From the NCBI RefSeq assembly GCF_025965975.1, contig NZ_JAOPVX010000020.1: a DNA stretch of 64,000 nt; one strand, 5' to 3'. The translations under genes and the position numbers were made by a program. Below are positions 32,399 to 44,608 of this stretch, one piece after another. Numbering within the stretch: position 1 is the first letter of the stretch; every line of letters starts with the position of its first letter. A model generated the notes under the pieces. That model saw only the letters and a list, made by a program, of their open reading frames with translations. It was not told the DNA's origin and ran no database searches. The stretch comes from Mycobacterium sp. Lineage in GTDB: Bacteria > Actinomycetota > Actinomycetes > Mycobacteriales > Mycobacteriaceae.

Positions 32399-33976
32399 TC
32401 ACTTCACACACGGGGTATTGGTCCCAGCCATCTCGGTGAGATCGGTCGGTGCGGGCGCCTGGGTACCGCTGGCCGTGGCATCGACCGTCGTGACCGGGGT
32501 CGCGACGGCAGCCGTGCTGCTGCCGGTCGAGTACTGAGCGGCAGGGAAGTCGGCGCCGATGGTCAATCGCACCGTGTCAGGGGCGACGGTGTCGGAAGGG
32601 CTGGCGGTGAGCTGCAGCCGGTCTGCGAGCATATGCGCTGCGCCGTCGGCGCCGGGGCCGTAGGCGATCGTGCTGGCGTCGGCCAGGCTCTTTGCGGTGG
32701 TGACCGTCCCCGCGGTGAGTCCGTCGGCGCCGAAGGATTGCTCAACGGCTGATCCGAGGCCTTCATGGTCGGTGGCATTGACGACGTCGAGTGTCGTTGG
32801 GACAGAAGGAGATTGCGTGGGCCTGGAGGTGTCCGTTGGCGACCCGTTGGTGAAGAGGTTGTGCACGATGGCCCGGATGCTTGGTACGTCAACCATGTTG
32901 ACGTCCTCGCCCTGGGTGTCTTGGCCGAATTCGCTGATCGGCAATGTGTAGAGCGTAAGGGCGCTGTCGGTCAGCGTCGCGGCGTGGTCGACGAAGCTCA
33001 CGAGGTCGAGCCCGGCGTCCACGGCGATGTTCTGCTGGGCCACTTGCAGTAGGTTGCGTAGGTCACTGGGACTGGACAACGCTCCGCCGTGGCGCAGCGC
33101 AGTCACAAGAGACACGATGAACGCCTGCTGGCGCCGAGTGCGGTCCATGTCGGTGAACAACTGGTCGTTCTCGTCGCGGCGTTGTCGCACGAACGCCATC
33201 GCCTGCGCGGCGTCGATCTGCTGGACGCCACGGTGGAAATTCGCACCCGAGTAACTGTCCGATGTGTCGTTGTTGAGGCACACGGTGATCGGCTGCACCA
33301 CGTGCGCGATCTGAAAGAACGCACCGAGGGTTACTTCGATGAAGTGGTCTATCGGCACACCCAACAGTCGGCGCATGGTGTCGATCTCCGCCTTGCGGCC
33401 CGCTTCGCGCGCCGTCTGCTCGCGGGAGGACTGGGCGATGCTGTCGCTCGTTGAGTCCAGCGTCTGCTGGTACGCAAGCCCGTATGCCTGCTTGATCTTG
33501 CCCTTGCACACGCCGCTCGGGCACCCTGGCAGATCGACGTAGTCGTCGCGGGGCACCGAGACCGCGCTGACCGGGCCGTTGCCGCCGGGCAAGTGCAGCA
33601 GGATCAACACGTTGGCGTTGTAGCCCCCGACGGTCTCGTCGCCGGCATGCAGCGCGTCGTAGATGTCCTGGGGAAGCGGCTGACCGTGCTGGTCCAGTCG
33701 GCTGTCCAATCCCATGATCAGGATGTTCTGCGCGCCGCCGACTGACGCGGGCCCACCGGCCAGCGCCTGCGAGGTGGTGATGCCGCCGGACAGATTGCGG
33801 TAGCCGGCCCAGCCCACCGCCGTGATGGCCAGCACCGTGACGGCGGCCAGCCCGGCGACCACCCGACGGGCGGCACGGCCCCAGCGCCGGCTCCGGCGAC
33901 GCGGAAGCCGGTGACGCGGGCCGTTTACCCGCGGTATCGGGTCCGTATCCCACTCCGAATTCGCCAGTCGACTCAT
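32399..33976 (-). CDS. LCP family protein (CpsA-like) with LytR_C domain
   Basis: N-terminal TM; GLDSRLD, SVPRDDYV, AMAFVRQR, RTRRQQAF; C-terminal VVNAT..GL motif; start uncertain. Confidence 0.88.
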   Translation of the reverse strand: MSRLANSEWDTDPIPRVNGPRHRLPRRRSRRWGRAARRVVAGLAAVTVLAITAVGWAGYRNLSGGITTSQALAGGPASVGGAQNILIMGLDSRLDQHGQPLPQDIYDALHAGDETVGGYNANVLILLHLPGGNGPVSAVSVPRDDYVDLPGCPSGVCKGKIKQAYGLAYQQTLDSTSDSIAQSSREQTAREAGRKAEIDTMRRLLGVPIDHFIEVTLGAFFQIAHVVQPITVCLNNDTSDSYSGANFHRGVQQIDAAQAMAFVRQRRDENDQLFTDMDRTRRQQAFIVSLVTALRHGGALSSPSDLRNLLQVAQQNIAVDAGLDLVSFVDHAATLTDSALTLYTLPISEFGQDTQGEDVNMVDVPSIRAIVHNLFTNGSPTDTSRPTQSPSVPTTLDVVNATDHEGLGSAVEQSFGADGLTAGTVTTAKSLADASTIAYGPGADGAAHMLADRLQLTASPSDTVAPDTVRLTIGADFPAAQYSTGSSTAAVATPVTTVDATASGTQAPAPTDLTEMAGTNTPCVK

Positions 33977-34025
33977 AACTGCCCCGGATTATCCCGAAAC
34001 CGCCTGAGAACGGTGCCGTTGTTTC

Positions 34026-35312
34026 TCAGGATCGGGGCCGGTCAGGATGCGGAAATCGGCCCCTCTCGGTCGCGCGCCCGGTTCCGCCCGTGTCGATTCG
34101 CCGCTCCCGCAACAGTCGAAGGCCGTGCGCGGCGTAGGCCGCGATGGCGAACACCAGGAGCAGCCAGTACGGCGGGCGGGCCAGCTCCCAGACGAACAGC
34201 GCTGCGAACGCGGGTGCCCGCTGGGTGATCGCCAGCACACCGGCGGCACATGTCAGCGACACTGCGGCCACGTGGATCTCGGTGCCGGCGAAGTGGTTGA
34301 GCACAAGGGTGGCAAGGGATCCCGCGGCGGCCCCGGTCGCCATCGCCGGGGTCAGCATGCCGCCGACCGCCCCCGCGCGCAGAAACAGCGCCGTCAGAAG
34401 GGGTTTCAACAGCAAGATGACCGCCGCCGCGCCGAGTGTCAAGTCGCTGTTGAGGCTCACCGTGAGGATGCTCCTGCCGTTACCCGGCAGTTCCGGCCAC
34501 CAGATCGAGCAGACGCCGGTCAGCAGTCCGGCGGCCGCAATCGTGGGAATCAGGATCCACGATCGGAATTGCACCTTCGGCCGCGCCACGGCCATGACCC
34601 GGTTGAACGCAAGGCCGACCGCCAGCGCCAGCGGCGCGATGGCCAACGCCAAGAACGCGAACAGGTACGACAATCCGGCGGTCGGCCATGTCAGCGCATG
34701 CTCGAGATGGGTGACCGGCGAGGCCACCGCAACGGCGAGGCTCGACGTGATCAAAGCCGCACCCACCGCGCGCGGATGCCACGTGCCCAGCAGGATCCTG
34801 GCGGCGAACAACGCTCCGCCGAGCGGAACGCTGTAGACCGCGCCGAGCCCCGCACCGGCCGCACACGCCAGCAGGATCTCGCGATCGCGCGCCGTCAACG
34901 ACAACCGCGTGGTGGCGAAATCGCTTAGCGCTGCGGCGAGTTGGCGCGGTGCGCCTTCACGACCCAGCGACGCGCCCGCTCCGACCAGCAGTACCTGCAG
35001 ACCCGCATCGATCGACAACGACAACCGGGGCAGCGGCTCCGGGCTGGTGATCGCCGCGGACAGCGGTGGGACCTCGGTGCGCTGTCGAAGAATCCACCAG
35101 CCACAGCCGGCCAGCGCGCCCCCGACCATCGGGCCAAGGGCGCGCCGGACTGGACTGCTATCTCCAACGCCGGTCAGCAGGGTGCCGAATGTGTAGCGGT
35201 ACGTGAGGTGTTCGACAACGTGCAGCAGCAGGGTCGTTGCGGCACCGGCAACGCCGGCCAATAGGCCGACGACGACGATCGCGCATCCGAATTCGACGGT
35301 GCGCCGCGCCAC
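34026..35312 (-). CDS. ClC/EriC voltage-gated chloride channel family protein
   Basis: [37 protein letters not shown]. Confidence 0.88.
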   Translation of the reverse strand: MARRTVEFGCAIVVVGLLAGVAGAATTLLLHVVEHLTYRYTFGTLLTGVGDSSPVRRALGPMVGGALAGCGWWILRQRTEVPPLSAAITSPEPLPRLSLSIDAGLQVLLVGAGASLGREGAPRQLAAALSDFATTRLSLTARDREILLACAAGAGLGAVYSVPLGGALFAARILLGTWHPRAVGAALITSSLAVAVASPVTHLEHALTWPTAGLSYLFAFLALAIAPLALAVGLAFNRVMAVARPKVQFRSWILIPTIAAAGLLTGVCSIWWPELPGNGRSILTVSLNSDLTLGAAAVILLLKPLLTALFLRAGAVGGMLTPAMATGAAAGSLATLVLNHFAGTEIHVAAVSLTCAAGVLAITQRAPAFAALFVWELARPPYWLLLVFAIAAYAAHGLRLLRERRIDTGGTGRATERGRFPHPDRPRS

Positions 35313-35464
35313 GAGCTGAATCTATGCCAGACCTGCTCCTTTCGGAGTGGGACTGCGACGATCCCCCCGGCCTGCGCAATCCTGACCGCGCGGGTGACGT
35401 CATGACCGGCGCGTCTCACCGGCCGCTGTGTGCGCTCCGGCAAGCAGCGGGCAAGCTGGTGCGA

Positions 35465-36340
35465 ATGGACACGCCGCGGCTGCTTTTCGTGCACGCCCAT
35501 CCTGACGACGAGACATTGACGACGGGCGCGACGATCGCGCACTACGCCGCGCTTGGCGCCAAGGTGCGTGTCGTCACGTGCACGCTCGGCGAGGAGGGTG
35601 AGGTGATCGGCGAGCGCTGGGCGCAGCTGGCCGTCGACCAAGCAGACCAGCTGGGTGGCTTCCGCATCGGCGAGCTGAGCCGGGCACTGAACGCGCTGGG
35701 AATCGACGAACCGATATTTCTCGGCGGCCCAGGCCGGTGGCGTGACTCGGGGATGGAAGGCACCCCGCAGCGACACCGGCAGAGGTTCATCGACGCCGAT
35801 CCGCGCGAGGCCGTCGGCTCGCTCGTGAGCATCATCCGCGAGCTCCGCCCACACGTCGTCGTCACTTACGACGCCGACGGCGGCTACGGCCACCCCGACC
35901 ACATCCACGCCCACCAGGTGACGATGGCTGCGGTCGCAGCGTCTGACGGCGCCGAGTACTCCGGCGAAGCATGGACCGTGCCGAAGGTGTACTGGGCGGT
36001 GATTGCGAAGTCGGCGATGGCCGCGGGGTTCGACGCGTTCGGGGACGTCGCGCCGGAGTGGATTCGGGTATCGATCGACGACGTGCCCTTCGGCTACCCC
36101 GATGACGCGATCGACGCGGTGATGGAGGTCGCGGACCAACTGCCCGCGAAGATCGCGGCGCTGCGTGCGCACGCGACCCAGGTGACCGTTGCCGCGAACG
36201 GCCGCTCCTGCGCCCTGTCGAACAACATCGCGCTGCCGATCGGGGCAATCGAGCACTACATCCTCGCCGTGGGCACACCCGGCGAGCGCGACGAGCGCGG
36301 GTGGGAAACCGACCTGCTGGCCGGGTTGAACCTGGAATAA
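35465..36340 (+). CDS. mshB: GlcNAc-Ins deacetylase (mycothiol biosynthesis)
   Basis: [31 protein letters not shown]. Confidence 0.95.
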   Translation: MDTPRLLFVHAHPDDETLTTGATIAHYAALGAKVRVVTCTLGEEGEVIGERWAQLAVDQADQLGGFRIGELSRALNALGIDEPIFLGGPGRWRDSGMEGTPQRHRQRFIDADPREAVGSLVSIIRELRPHVVVTYDADGGYGHPDHIHAHQVTMAAVAASDGAEYSGEAWTVPKVYWAVIAKSAMAAGFDAFGDVAPEWIRVSIDDVPFGYPDDAIDAVMEVADQLPAKIAALRAHATQVTVAANGRSCALSNNIALPIGAIEHYILAVGTPGERDERGWETDLLAGLNLE

Positions 36341-36390
36341 CGCCGCGGGCACGCGCTAAGCTGCCCGAGGAGTCGGCGGCGTGTGAAGGG

Positions 36391-36504
36391 ATGGCGATGG
36401 ACCCGGACCTGGATCCCAACCTGCAGCACTGGCAGGACCGCGCAGACAACTACCAGTGGGTGATCGGGTCGCTCGTCGCACTGCTAGACAGCATCCCGAC
36501 CTGA
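36391..36504 (+). CDS. Small 37-aa protein between mshB and the Rv1171-like gene
   Basis: MAMDPDLDPNLQHWQDRADNYQWVIGSLVALLDSIPT; GAAGGG upstream; stop overlaps the next reading frame. Confidence 0.55.
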   Translation: MAMDPDLDPNLQHWQDRADNYQWVIGSLVALLDSIPT

Positions 36505-36869
36505 CCCCGCTGCGTCCCGCCGTTCTCGCACTGCTTGCGATCGACGGCGTGCTATCGGCTGTGGCGGCGGCGTTCTTCCTTCCGCTCCGAATCGGATCGG
36601 TGCCCTTTCCGATCAGCGCGCCGCTGAGTGGTCTGGTCAACGCCGCGCTGGTATGGGCCGCACTGCAATGGACGTCCGCACCGCGGGTGGCCGCATTGCC
36701 GTTGTGGTGCTGGCTGCTCACCGTCGCGGGCCTGACCTTCGGCGGACCTGGTCACGACATCGTGTTCGGCGGCGTCGGAATCATGGAATATGCACCGCTG
36801 CTGTTGATCGTCTTTGGCGCAGTGCCGCCGGCGCTGGTGATGTGGCGCCATGTCCGCGCAGCCGCCTGA
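36501..36869 (+). CDS. Membrane protein (Rv1171-like)
   Basis: LAIDGVLSA, PFPISA..SGLVNAALVWAA, GGPGHDIV; start codon uncertain (CTG 36501 or GTG 36456). Confidence 0.75.
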   Translation: MTPLRPAVLALLAIDGVLSAVAAAFFLPLRIGSVPFPISAPLSGLVNAALVWAALQWTSAPRVAALPLWCWLLTVAGLTFGGPGHDIVFGGVGIMEYAPLLLIVFGAVPPALVMWRHVRAAA

Positions 36870-37210
36870 CACCGGGCTCGCAGACGTCACCTTGGGCCGC
36901 GACGGTGCCGGAGGAAGGCCGACGTCGAGTCCGCGGCGGTGTCACGGGGGCTCGCGCAGACGACCGCGATTCCGCCCATGAGAAACGAACGGGCCGACAC
37001 GTTCATGACGGCCTCCCCGCCTCTTCGAATCCCCAACGGACCTGAACTTACGTGTGTGTCAACCGGGCATCGGGCATTTCGGCATGGGTCGACCGAAGGG
37101 GCGCACAACAGGTCGGCTGGTTGGGACTACTGTGACCGATATGCGCGGCGCAGCGATTTCAGCATGTGAGACACGCGGATGATTCCCGACGACCATGGGG
37201 TTACACGGGA

Positions 37211-39790
37211 GTGGCTCTGAACCCCCAGCGCGGCGCCGATCTGCCTAGCCCGGTGGTCCCCCCGATGTCCGGTGCGCCCAGTCCCGCCGCGCTGCGGCGG
37301 GTGCTGCGGCGGGCCCGTGACGGGGTGGCGCTCAATGTCGACGAGGCCGCGATCGCAATGACCGCCCGTGGCGACGACCTGGCCGATTTGTGCGGCAGCG
37401 CGGCGCGGGTGCGTGACGCGGGCCTTGAGGCAGCCCGGCGCCGCGGGCCCAATGGCCGGTTGCCGGTGTCCTACTCGCGCAAGGTGTTCATCCCCGTCAC
37501 GCATCTGTGCCGCGACACCTGTCATTACTGCACATTCGTCACGGTGCCGGGCAAGCTGCGCGCCGCGGGTATGGGCATGTTCATGGAGCCCGACGAGATT
37601 CTCGACGTGGCCCGCCGCGGCGCGGAATTGGGTTGCAAGGAGGCGTTGTTCACCCTGGGTGACCGGCCGGAGACGCGCTGGGACGAGGCCCGTCAGTGGC
37701 TCGACGAGCGTGGCTATGACTCGACGCTGGATTACGTGCGCGCGATGGCGATCCGGGTGCTGGAGGAGACCGGGCTGCTGCCGCATCTGAACCCGGGCGT
37801 GATGTCGTGGTCGGAGCTGTCGCGGCTCAAGCCGGTGGCGCCGTCGATGGGCATGATGCTGGAGACCACGTCGCGGCGGCTGTTCGAGACCAAGGGCCTT
37901 GCGCACTACGGCAGCCCGGACAAGGACCCCGAGGTACGACTGCGCACACTGGCCGATGCGGGCCGGCTGTCGATTCCGTTCACCACCGGGCTGCTGGTGG
38001 GCATCGGCGAGACGCTGGTCGAGCGTGCCGAGACCATCCACGCGATTCGCTCCTCGCACAAGGAATTCGGACACGTTCAGGAAGTGATCGTGCAGAACTT
38101 CCGGGCCAAGGACCACACCGCGATGGCCGCGGTGCCCGACACGGGTTTCGAGGACTTCGTGGCGACGGTGGCGGTCACCCGGTTGGTGATGGGGCCAAAG
38201 ATGCGTGTGCAGGCACCACCGAACCTGGTGTCGCGCTCGGAGTGCCTGGCACTGATCGGTGCCGGTGTCGATGACTGGGGCGGGGTGTCGCCGCTGACGC
38301 CCGATCACGTGAATCCCGAGCGGCCATGGCCGGCACTGGATGAGCTCGAGGCCGTCACCGCCGAGGCCGGCTACGACCTGGTGCAGCGGCTGACCGCGCA
38401 GCCGGCCTACGTGCAGGCCGGCGCGGCGTGGATCGACCCAAGGGTGCGCGGACACGTCGACGCGCTGGCCGACCCCGATACCGGATTGGCCGCCGATGTT
38501 AATGCAGTCGGGCGGCCGTGGCAGGAGCCCGACGAGGCGACCGAGTCGCTGGGCCGCACGGACCTGCACGCGGCGATCGATTCCGAGGGCAGGCGCACCG
38601 ACACCCGAAGCGATCTCGGCAGTGCCTTCGGCGACTGGGAGTCGATCCGCGAGAAGGTGCACGAGCTGGCGGCGCGGGCCCCTGAGCGCATCGACACCGA
38701 CGTGGCCGCGGCGATGCGCTCGGCCGAGCGCGATCCGGCCGGCTGCAGCGACGACGAGTATGTCGCGTTGGCAACCGCCGATGGTCCTGCTCTGGATGCC
38801 GTTGCGGCGCTGGCTGATTCACTCCGCAAGGATGTGGTGGGCGACGACGTGACATTCGTGGTCAACCGCAACATCAACTTCACCAACATCTGCTACACGG
38901 GGTGCCGGTTCTGCGCGTTCGCACAGCGCAAGGGCGACGCCGACGCGTACTCGCTGTCGACGGCCGAGGTGGCCGAGCGGGCGTGGGAGGCGCACGTCGC
39001 GGGCGCGACCGAGGTGTGCATGCAGGGCGGCATCGACCCCGAACTACCGGTGACGGGCTACGCCGATCTGGTGCGCGCGGTCAAGGCCAGGGTGCCGTCG
39101 ATGCATGTGCACGCGTTTTCTCCGATGGAGATCGCCAACGGTGTCACCAAGAGCGGTCTCTCGATTCGGGACTGGTTGACCAGCCTGCGGGAAGCCGGGC
39201 TGGACACCATCCCCGGTACCGCCGCCGAGATCCTTGACGACGAGGTGCGCTGGGTGCTCACCAAGGGCAAGCTGCCGACGTCGATGTGGATCGAAGTCGT
39301 CACGACCGCCCACGAGGTCGGGCTGCGATCGTCCTCGACGATGATGTACGGCCATGTCGACCAGCCGCATCACTGGGTCGGGCATCTCAACGTGCTGCGC
39401 CGCATCCAGGACCAAACCGGCGGGTTCACCGAATTCGTGCCGCTGCCGTTCGTGCACCAGAGCAGCCCGTTGTACCTGGCCGGCGGCGCCAGGCCGGGCC
39501 CGACGCACCGCGACAACCGCGCGGTGCACGCGCTGGCCCGAATCATGTTGCACGGCAGGATCTCCAACATCCAGACCAGCTGGGTCAAGCTTGGTGTCGA
39601 GCGCACGCAGGTGATGCTCACCGGTGGTGCCAACGATCTCGGCGGCACGCTAATGGAGGAGACCATCTCGCGCATGGCGGGCTCGGAATTCGGGTCGGCC
39701 AAGAGTGTCGAGGAACTTGTCGAGATCGCCGCGGGTATCGGCAGGCGCGCCCGCCAGCGCTCCACAACATACGCGCCACTCGCCGCCTAG
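37211..39790 (+). CDS. fbiC: Bifunctional FO synthase (CofG+CofH)
   Basis: Two radical-SAM motifs CRDTCHYC and CYTGCRFC; [19 protein letters not shown]. Confidence 0.96.
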   Translation: MALNPQRGADLPSPVVPPMSGAPSPAALRRVLRRARDGVALNVDEAAIAMTARGDDLADLCGSAARVRDAGLEAARRRGPNGRLPVSYSRKVFIPVTHLCRDTCHYCTFVTVPGKLRAAGMGMFMEPDEILDVARRGAELGCKEALFTLGDRPETRWDEARQWLDERGYDSTLDYVRAMAIRVLEETGLLPHLNPGVMSWSELSRLKPVAPSMGMMLETTSRRLFETKGLAHYGSPDKDPEVRLRTLADAGRLSIPFTTGLLVGIGETLVERAETIHAIRSSHKEFGHVQEVIVQNFRAKDHTAMAAVPDTGFEDFVATVAVTRLVMGPKMRVQAPPNLVSRSECLALIGAGVDDWGGVSPLTPDHVNPERPWPALDELEAVTAEAGYDLVQRLTAQPAYVQAGAAWIDPRVRGHVDALADPDTGLAADVNAVGRPWQEPDEATESLGRTDLHAAIDSEGRRTDTRSDLGSAFGDWESIREKVHELAARAPERIDTDVAAAMRSAERDPAGCSDDEYVALATADGPALDAVAALADSLRKDVVGDDVTFVVNRNINFTNICYTGCRFCAFAQRKGDADAYSLSTAEVAERAWEAHVAGATEVCMQGGIDPELPVTGYADLVRAVKARVPSMHVHAFSPMEIANGVTKSGLSIRDWLTSLREAGLDTIPGTAAEILDDEVRWVLTKGKLPTSMWIEVVTTAHEVGLRSSSTMMYGHVDQPHHWVGHLNVLRRIQDQTGGFTEFVPLPFVHQSSPLYLAGGARPGPTHRDNRAVHALARIMLHGRISNIQTSWVKLGVERTQVMLTGGANDLGGTLMEETISRMAGSEFGSAKSVEELVEIAAGIGRRARQRSTTYAPLAA

Positions 39791-39842
39791 TAGTCGGCGA
39801 TTGACAGCAAGTTTTCAGCTTTTCGCGAATACTGTGGCGCTG

Positions 39843-40304
39843 ATGACGACGATCGCAGGACTGCCTGCCCACGCCTTGCTCGTCCACGCCATCGTGGTGC
39901 TCGCGCCATTGACCGCGCTGCTGGAGATTCTGTGCGCGGTTTGGCCCGCCGCCCGGCGACGGTTGGTGTGGCTGGTGCTCGCCCTCGCCGCGGTGAACCT
40001 TGCGCTCACACCCCTGACCACCGATGCCGGGGAGTGGTTGCTGGGCCAACGAACCCGCGTCAGTGCGGTGCTGCAGGCTCACGCCGACCGAGGCGAATGG
40101 ATGATTTACTTCTCCGTTGCGTTGTTCGTGGTGGCCATCGCGCTGGGCGTGCTGCATTGGCTCGACGGGCGGTCGGACAGGCGCAGGACCGTGGCCAACG
40201 TGGTGGTGGCGATCGTGGCGCTGCTGGTCGGCGTCTCATCGATCGTCACGGTCATGCGGATCGGCGACTCCGGCGCGCACTCGGTGTGGGGCCGCGGAAG
40301 CTGA
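39843..40304 (+). CDS. DUF2231-like membrane protein
   Basis: GLPAHALLVHAIVVL..P, AGEWL, HADRG, GDSGAHSVW. Confidence 0.75.
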   Translation: MTTIAGLPAHALLVHAIVVLAPLTALLEILCAVWPAARRRLVWLVLALAAVNLALTPLTTDAGEWLLGQRTRVSAVLQAHADRGEWMIYFSVALFVVAIALGVLHWLDGRSDRRRTVANVVVAIVALLVGVSSIVTVMRIGDSGAHSVWGRGS

Positions 40305-40322
40305 ACGTCCCGGGAATGGATT

Positions 40323-40336
40323 CGGACTGCAGTCCG
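40323..40336. promoter_or_regulatory. Perfect palindrome upstream of yceI
   Basis: CGGACTGCAGTCCG, 56 nt before the ATG. Confidence 0.45.
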
Positions 40337-40392
40337 TTTGACCTCTCGAAGGCGTCGGGAAGGCCGGCGCCCGGACTGAGAGAGATACCGTC

Positions 40393-40938
40393 ATGACTAC
40401 AGCCACCGCACAGCTCGGCACCGGAACATGGGCGATCGACCCCGTTCACTCGTCGATCGGCTTTTCGGTACGCCACCTGATGGTGAGCAGGGTGCGAGGC
40501 AACTTTGAGAACTTCAGCGGAGCGGTCACCGTCGCGGAGGACGGCACACCGTCGGTGTCCGCGGAGATTGCCGTCGACTCGATTCACACCGGCAACGAGC
40601 AGCGCGACGGGCACATCAAGTCGGCGGACTTCTTCGATGCCGACAAGTATCCGACCGCGACGTTCCGGTCGACCGGTGTGCGGGCCAACGGCGACGACTA
40701 TGTCATTGACGGAGAGTTCACGCTCAAGGGCGTGACCAAGCCGGTCAGTCTGGCACTGGAGTTCAACGGCGTGAATCCCGGCATGGGCCGCGGTGAGGTC
40801 GCCGGCTTCGAGGCCTCAGTCGTGCTGAACCGCAAGGACTTCGGCGTCGACATCGACATGCCTTTGGAGACCGGCGGCACCGTTGTCGGCGACAAGGTGA
40901 CCATCACACTGGCAATCGAAGCGCTCAAGCAGTCCTGA
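40393..40938 (+). CDS. YceI family polyisoprenoid-binding protein
   Basis: WAIDPVHSSIGFSVRHLMVS, TGNEQRDGH, DFFDADKYP, FTLKGVTK. Confidence 0.92.
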   Translation: MTTATAQLGTGTWAIDPVHSSIGFSVRHLMVSRVRGNFENFSGAVTVAEDGTPSVSAEIAVDSIHTGNEQRDGHIKSADFFDADKYPTATFRSTGVRANGDDYVIDGEFTLKGVTKPVSLALEFNGVNPGMGRGEVAGFEASVVLNRKDFGVDIDMPLETGGTVVGDKVTITLAIEALKQS

Positions 40939-40981
40939 CGCGCGAACGTGACGCCCGCGTGACGCTCGCGGTACGGAGGAG

Positions 40982-43608
<2,627 letters not shown>

Positions 43609-43639
43609 GCGGGCAGCATAGGGCCGTCGCGCGGTGCTA

Positions 43640-43653
43640 TGCAACTTGTTGCA
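43640..43653. promoter_or_regulatory. Probable PadR operator
   Basis: TGCAAC-TT-GTTGCA, 31 nt upstream of the padR start. Confidence 0.6.
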
Positions 43654-43688
43654 CTGCAACCAGGCGCATAGGCCGCGGCTTCGTCAGG

Positions 43689-43901
43689 TCAGCACCAGTT
43701 CACATCCACATTGGTGCCACTGCTGTTGACGTGCACCGAGCAGTCGACGGCCTGATAGGTCGCGGTGTGGTCATCCGTGACATAGACCGCGTCATGACCT
43801 GTGCCGACGACAGGCGATGCCGCCATGGCAGGGCCGGCCAACCCGATGGCCATCACAGCGAAGGTGCCGGCAGTGGCTAGGCCGAGGGCTAATTTCTTCA
43901 T
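43689..43901 (-). CDS. Small secreted protein (70 aa, two Cys)
   Basis: MKK + hydrophobic + AMA signal peptide; GAGGAG SD upstream. Confidence 0.75.
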   Translation of the reverse strand: MKKLALGLATAGTFAVMAIGLAGPAMAASPVVGTGHDAVYVTDDHTATYQAVDCSVHVNSSGTNVDVNWC

Positions 43902-44284
43902 TTCGACTCCTCAAAATTGAGCTTAGCTGCGCTAAGCGACTGCTATATAACAGAACGGCATCGGCGTGGCGGATCTTCCCGCGGACAAGGGTTTTCGCCC
44001 TGTAAGTGAGCCATCACAGCCCCGGCGCACATGTGGCCGGAGTCACACACCGCGGGGAGCAGCGGGAAGGCCGGGTCAGATGGGTGGTCCCTAGGCGACT
44101 TGTATGTGCAACGTCTAGTATCAGTAACCACGCGGCACCCTTAACCGGGCGGCGAGGAAGTTAGGGCACACTGAGACAGGCGTCCAAGTAGCCGCTGAGA
44201 TACTCAGCGGGAACACTGGCAGCGACTTTTCGGCGGGCCCGACCAAAACTGGCAGCCCCACTGACAGGAGATCGAGGAGACTTC

Positions 44285-44608
44285 GTGACGTACACGATTG
44301 CCGAACCCTGCGTCGACATCAAAGACAAGGCATGCATCGAGGAGTGACCGGTCGAGTGCATCTACGAGGGCGCACGCATGCTGTACATCCACCCGGACGA
44401 GTGCGTCGACTGCGGCGCTTGCGAGCCGGTCTGCCCGGTCGAGGCTATCTACTACGAAGACGACGTGCCCGATCAGTGGAGCGGGTACACCCAGATCAAT
44501 GCCGACTTCTTCGTCGAGCTGGGATCGCCGGGCGGCGCTTCCAAGGTGGGGCTGACGGAAAACGACCCGCAGTCGGTCAAGGATCTGCCGCCTCAAGGCG
44601 AGGACTGA
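44285..44608 (+). CDS. fdxC: 7Fe ferredoxin with in-frame TGA at codon 21 (pseudogene, sequence error or recoding)
   Basis: GAGGAG SD; GTG start; [20 protein letters not shown][TGA][28 protein letters not shown]; TGA at 44345-44347. Confidence 0.9.

Noticed and set aside
35313-35464. Fluoride (crcB) or other ion riboswitch upstream of the ClC gene
   Set aside because: No GGCGATGG...CGCC / CTGATG core seen; only a short CTCC-GAAA-GGAG hairpin. An Rfam scan would be needed to exclude others.
44378-44608. 76-aa ferredoxin starting at ATG 44378 as the real gene
   Set aside because: It lacks the N-terminal Cys ligands; the SD and homology clearly begin at GTG 44285.
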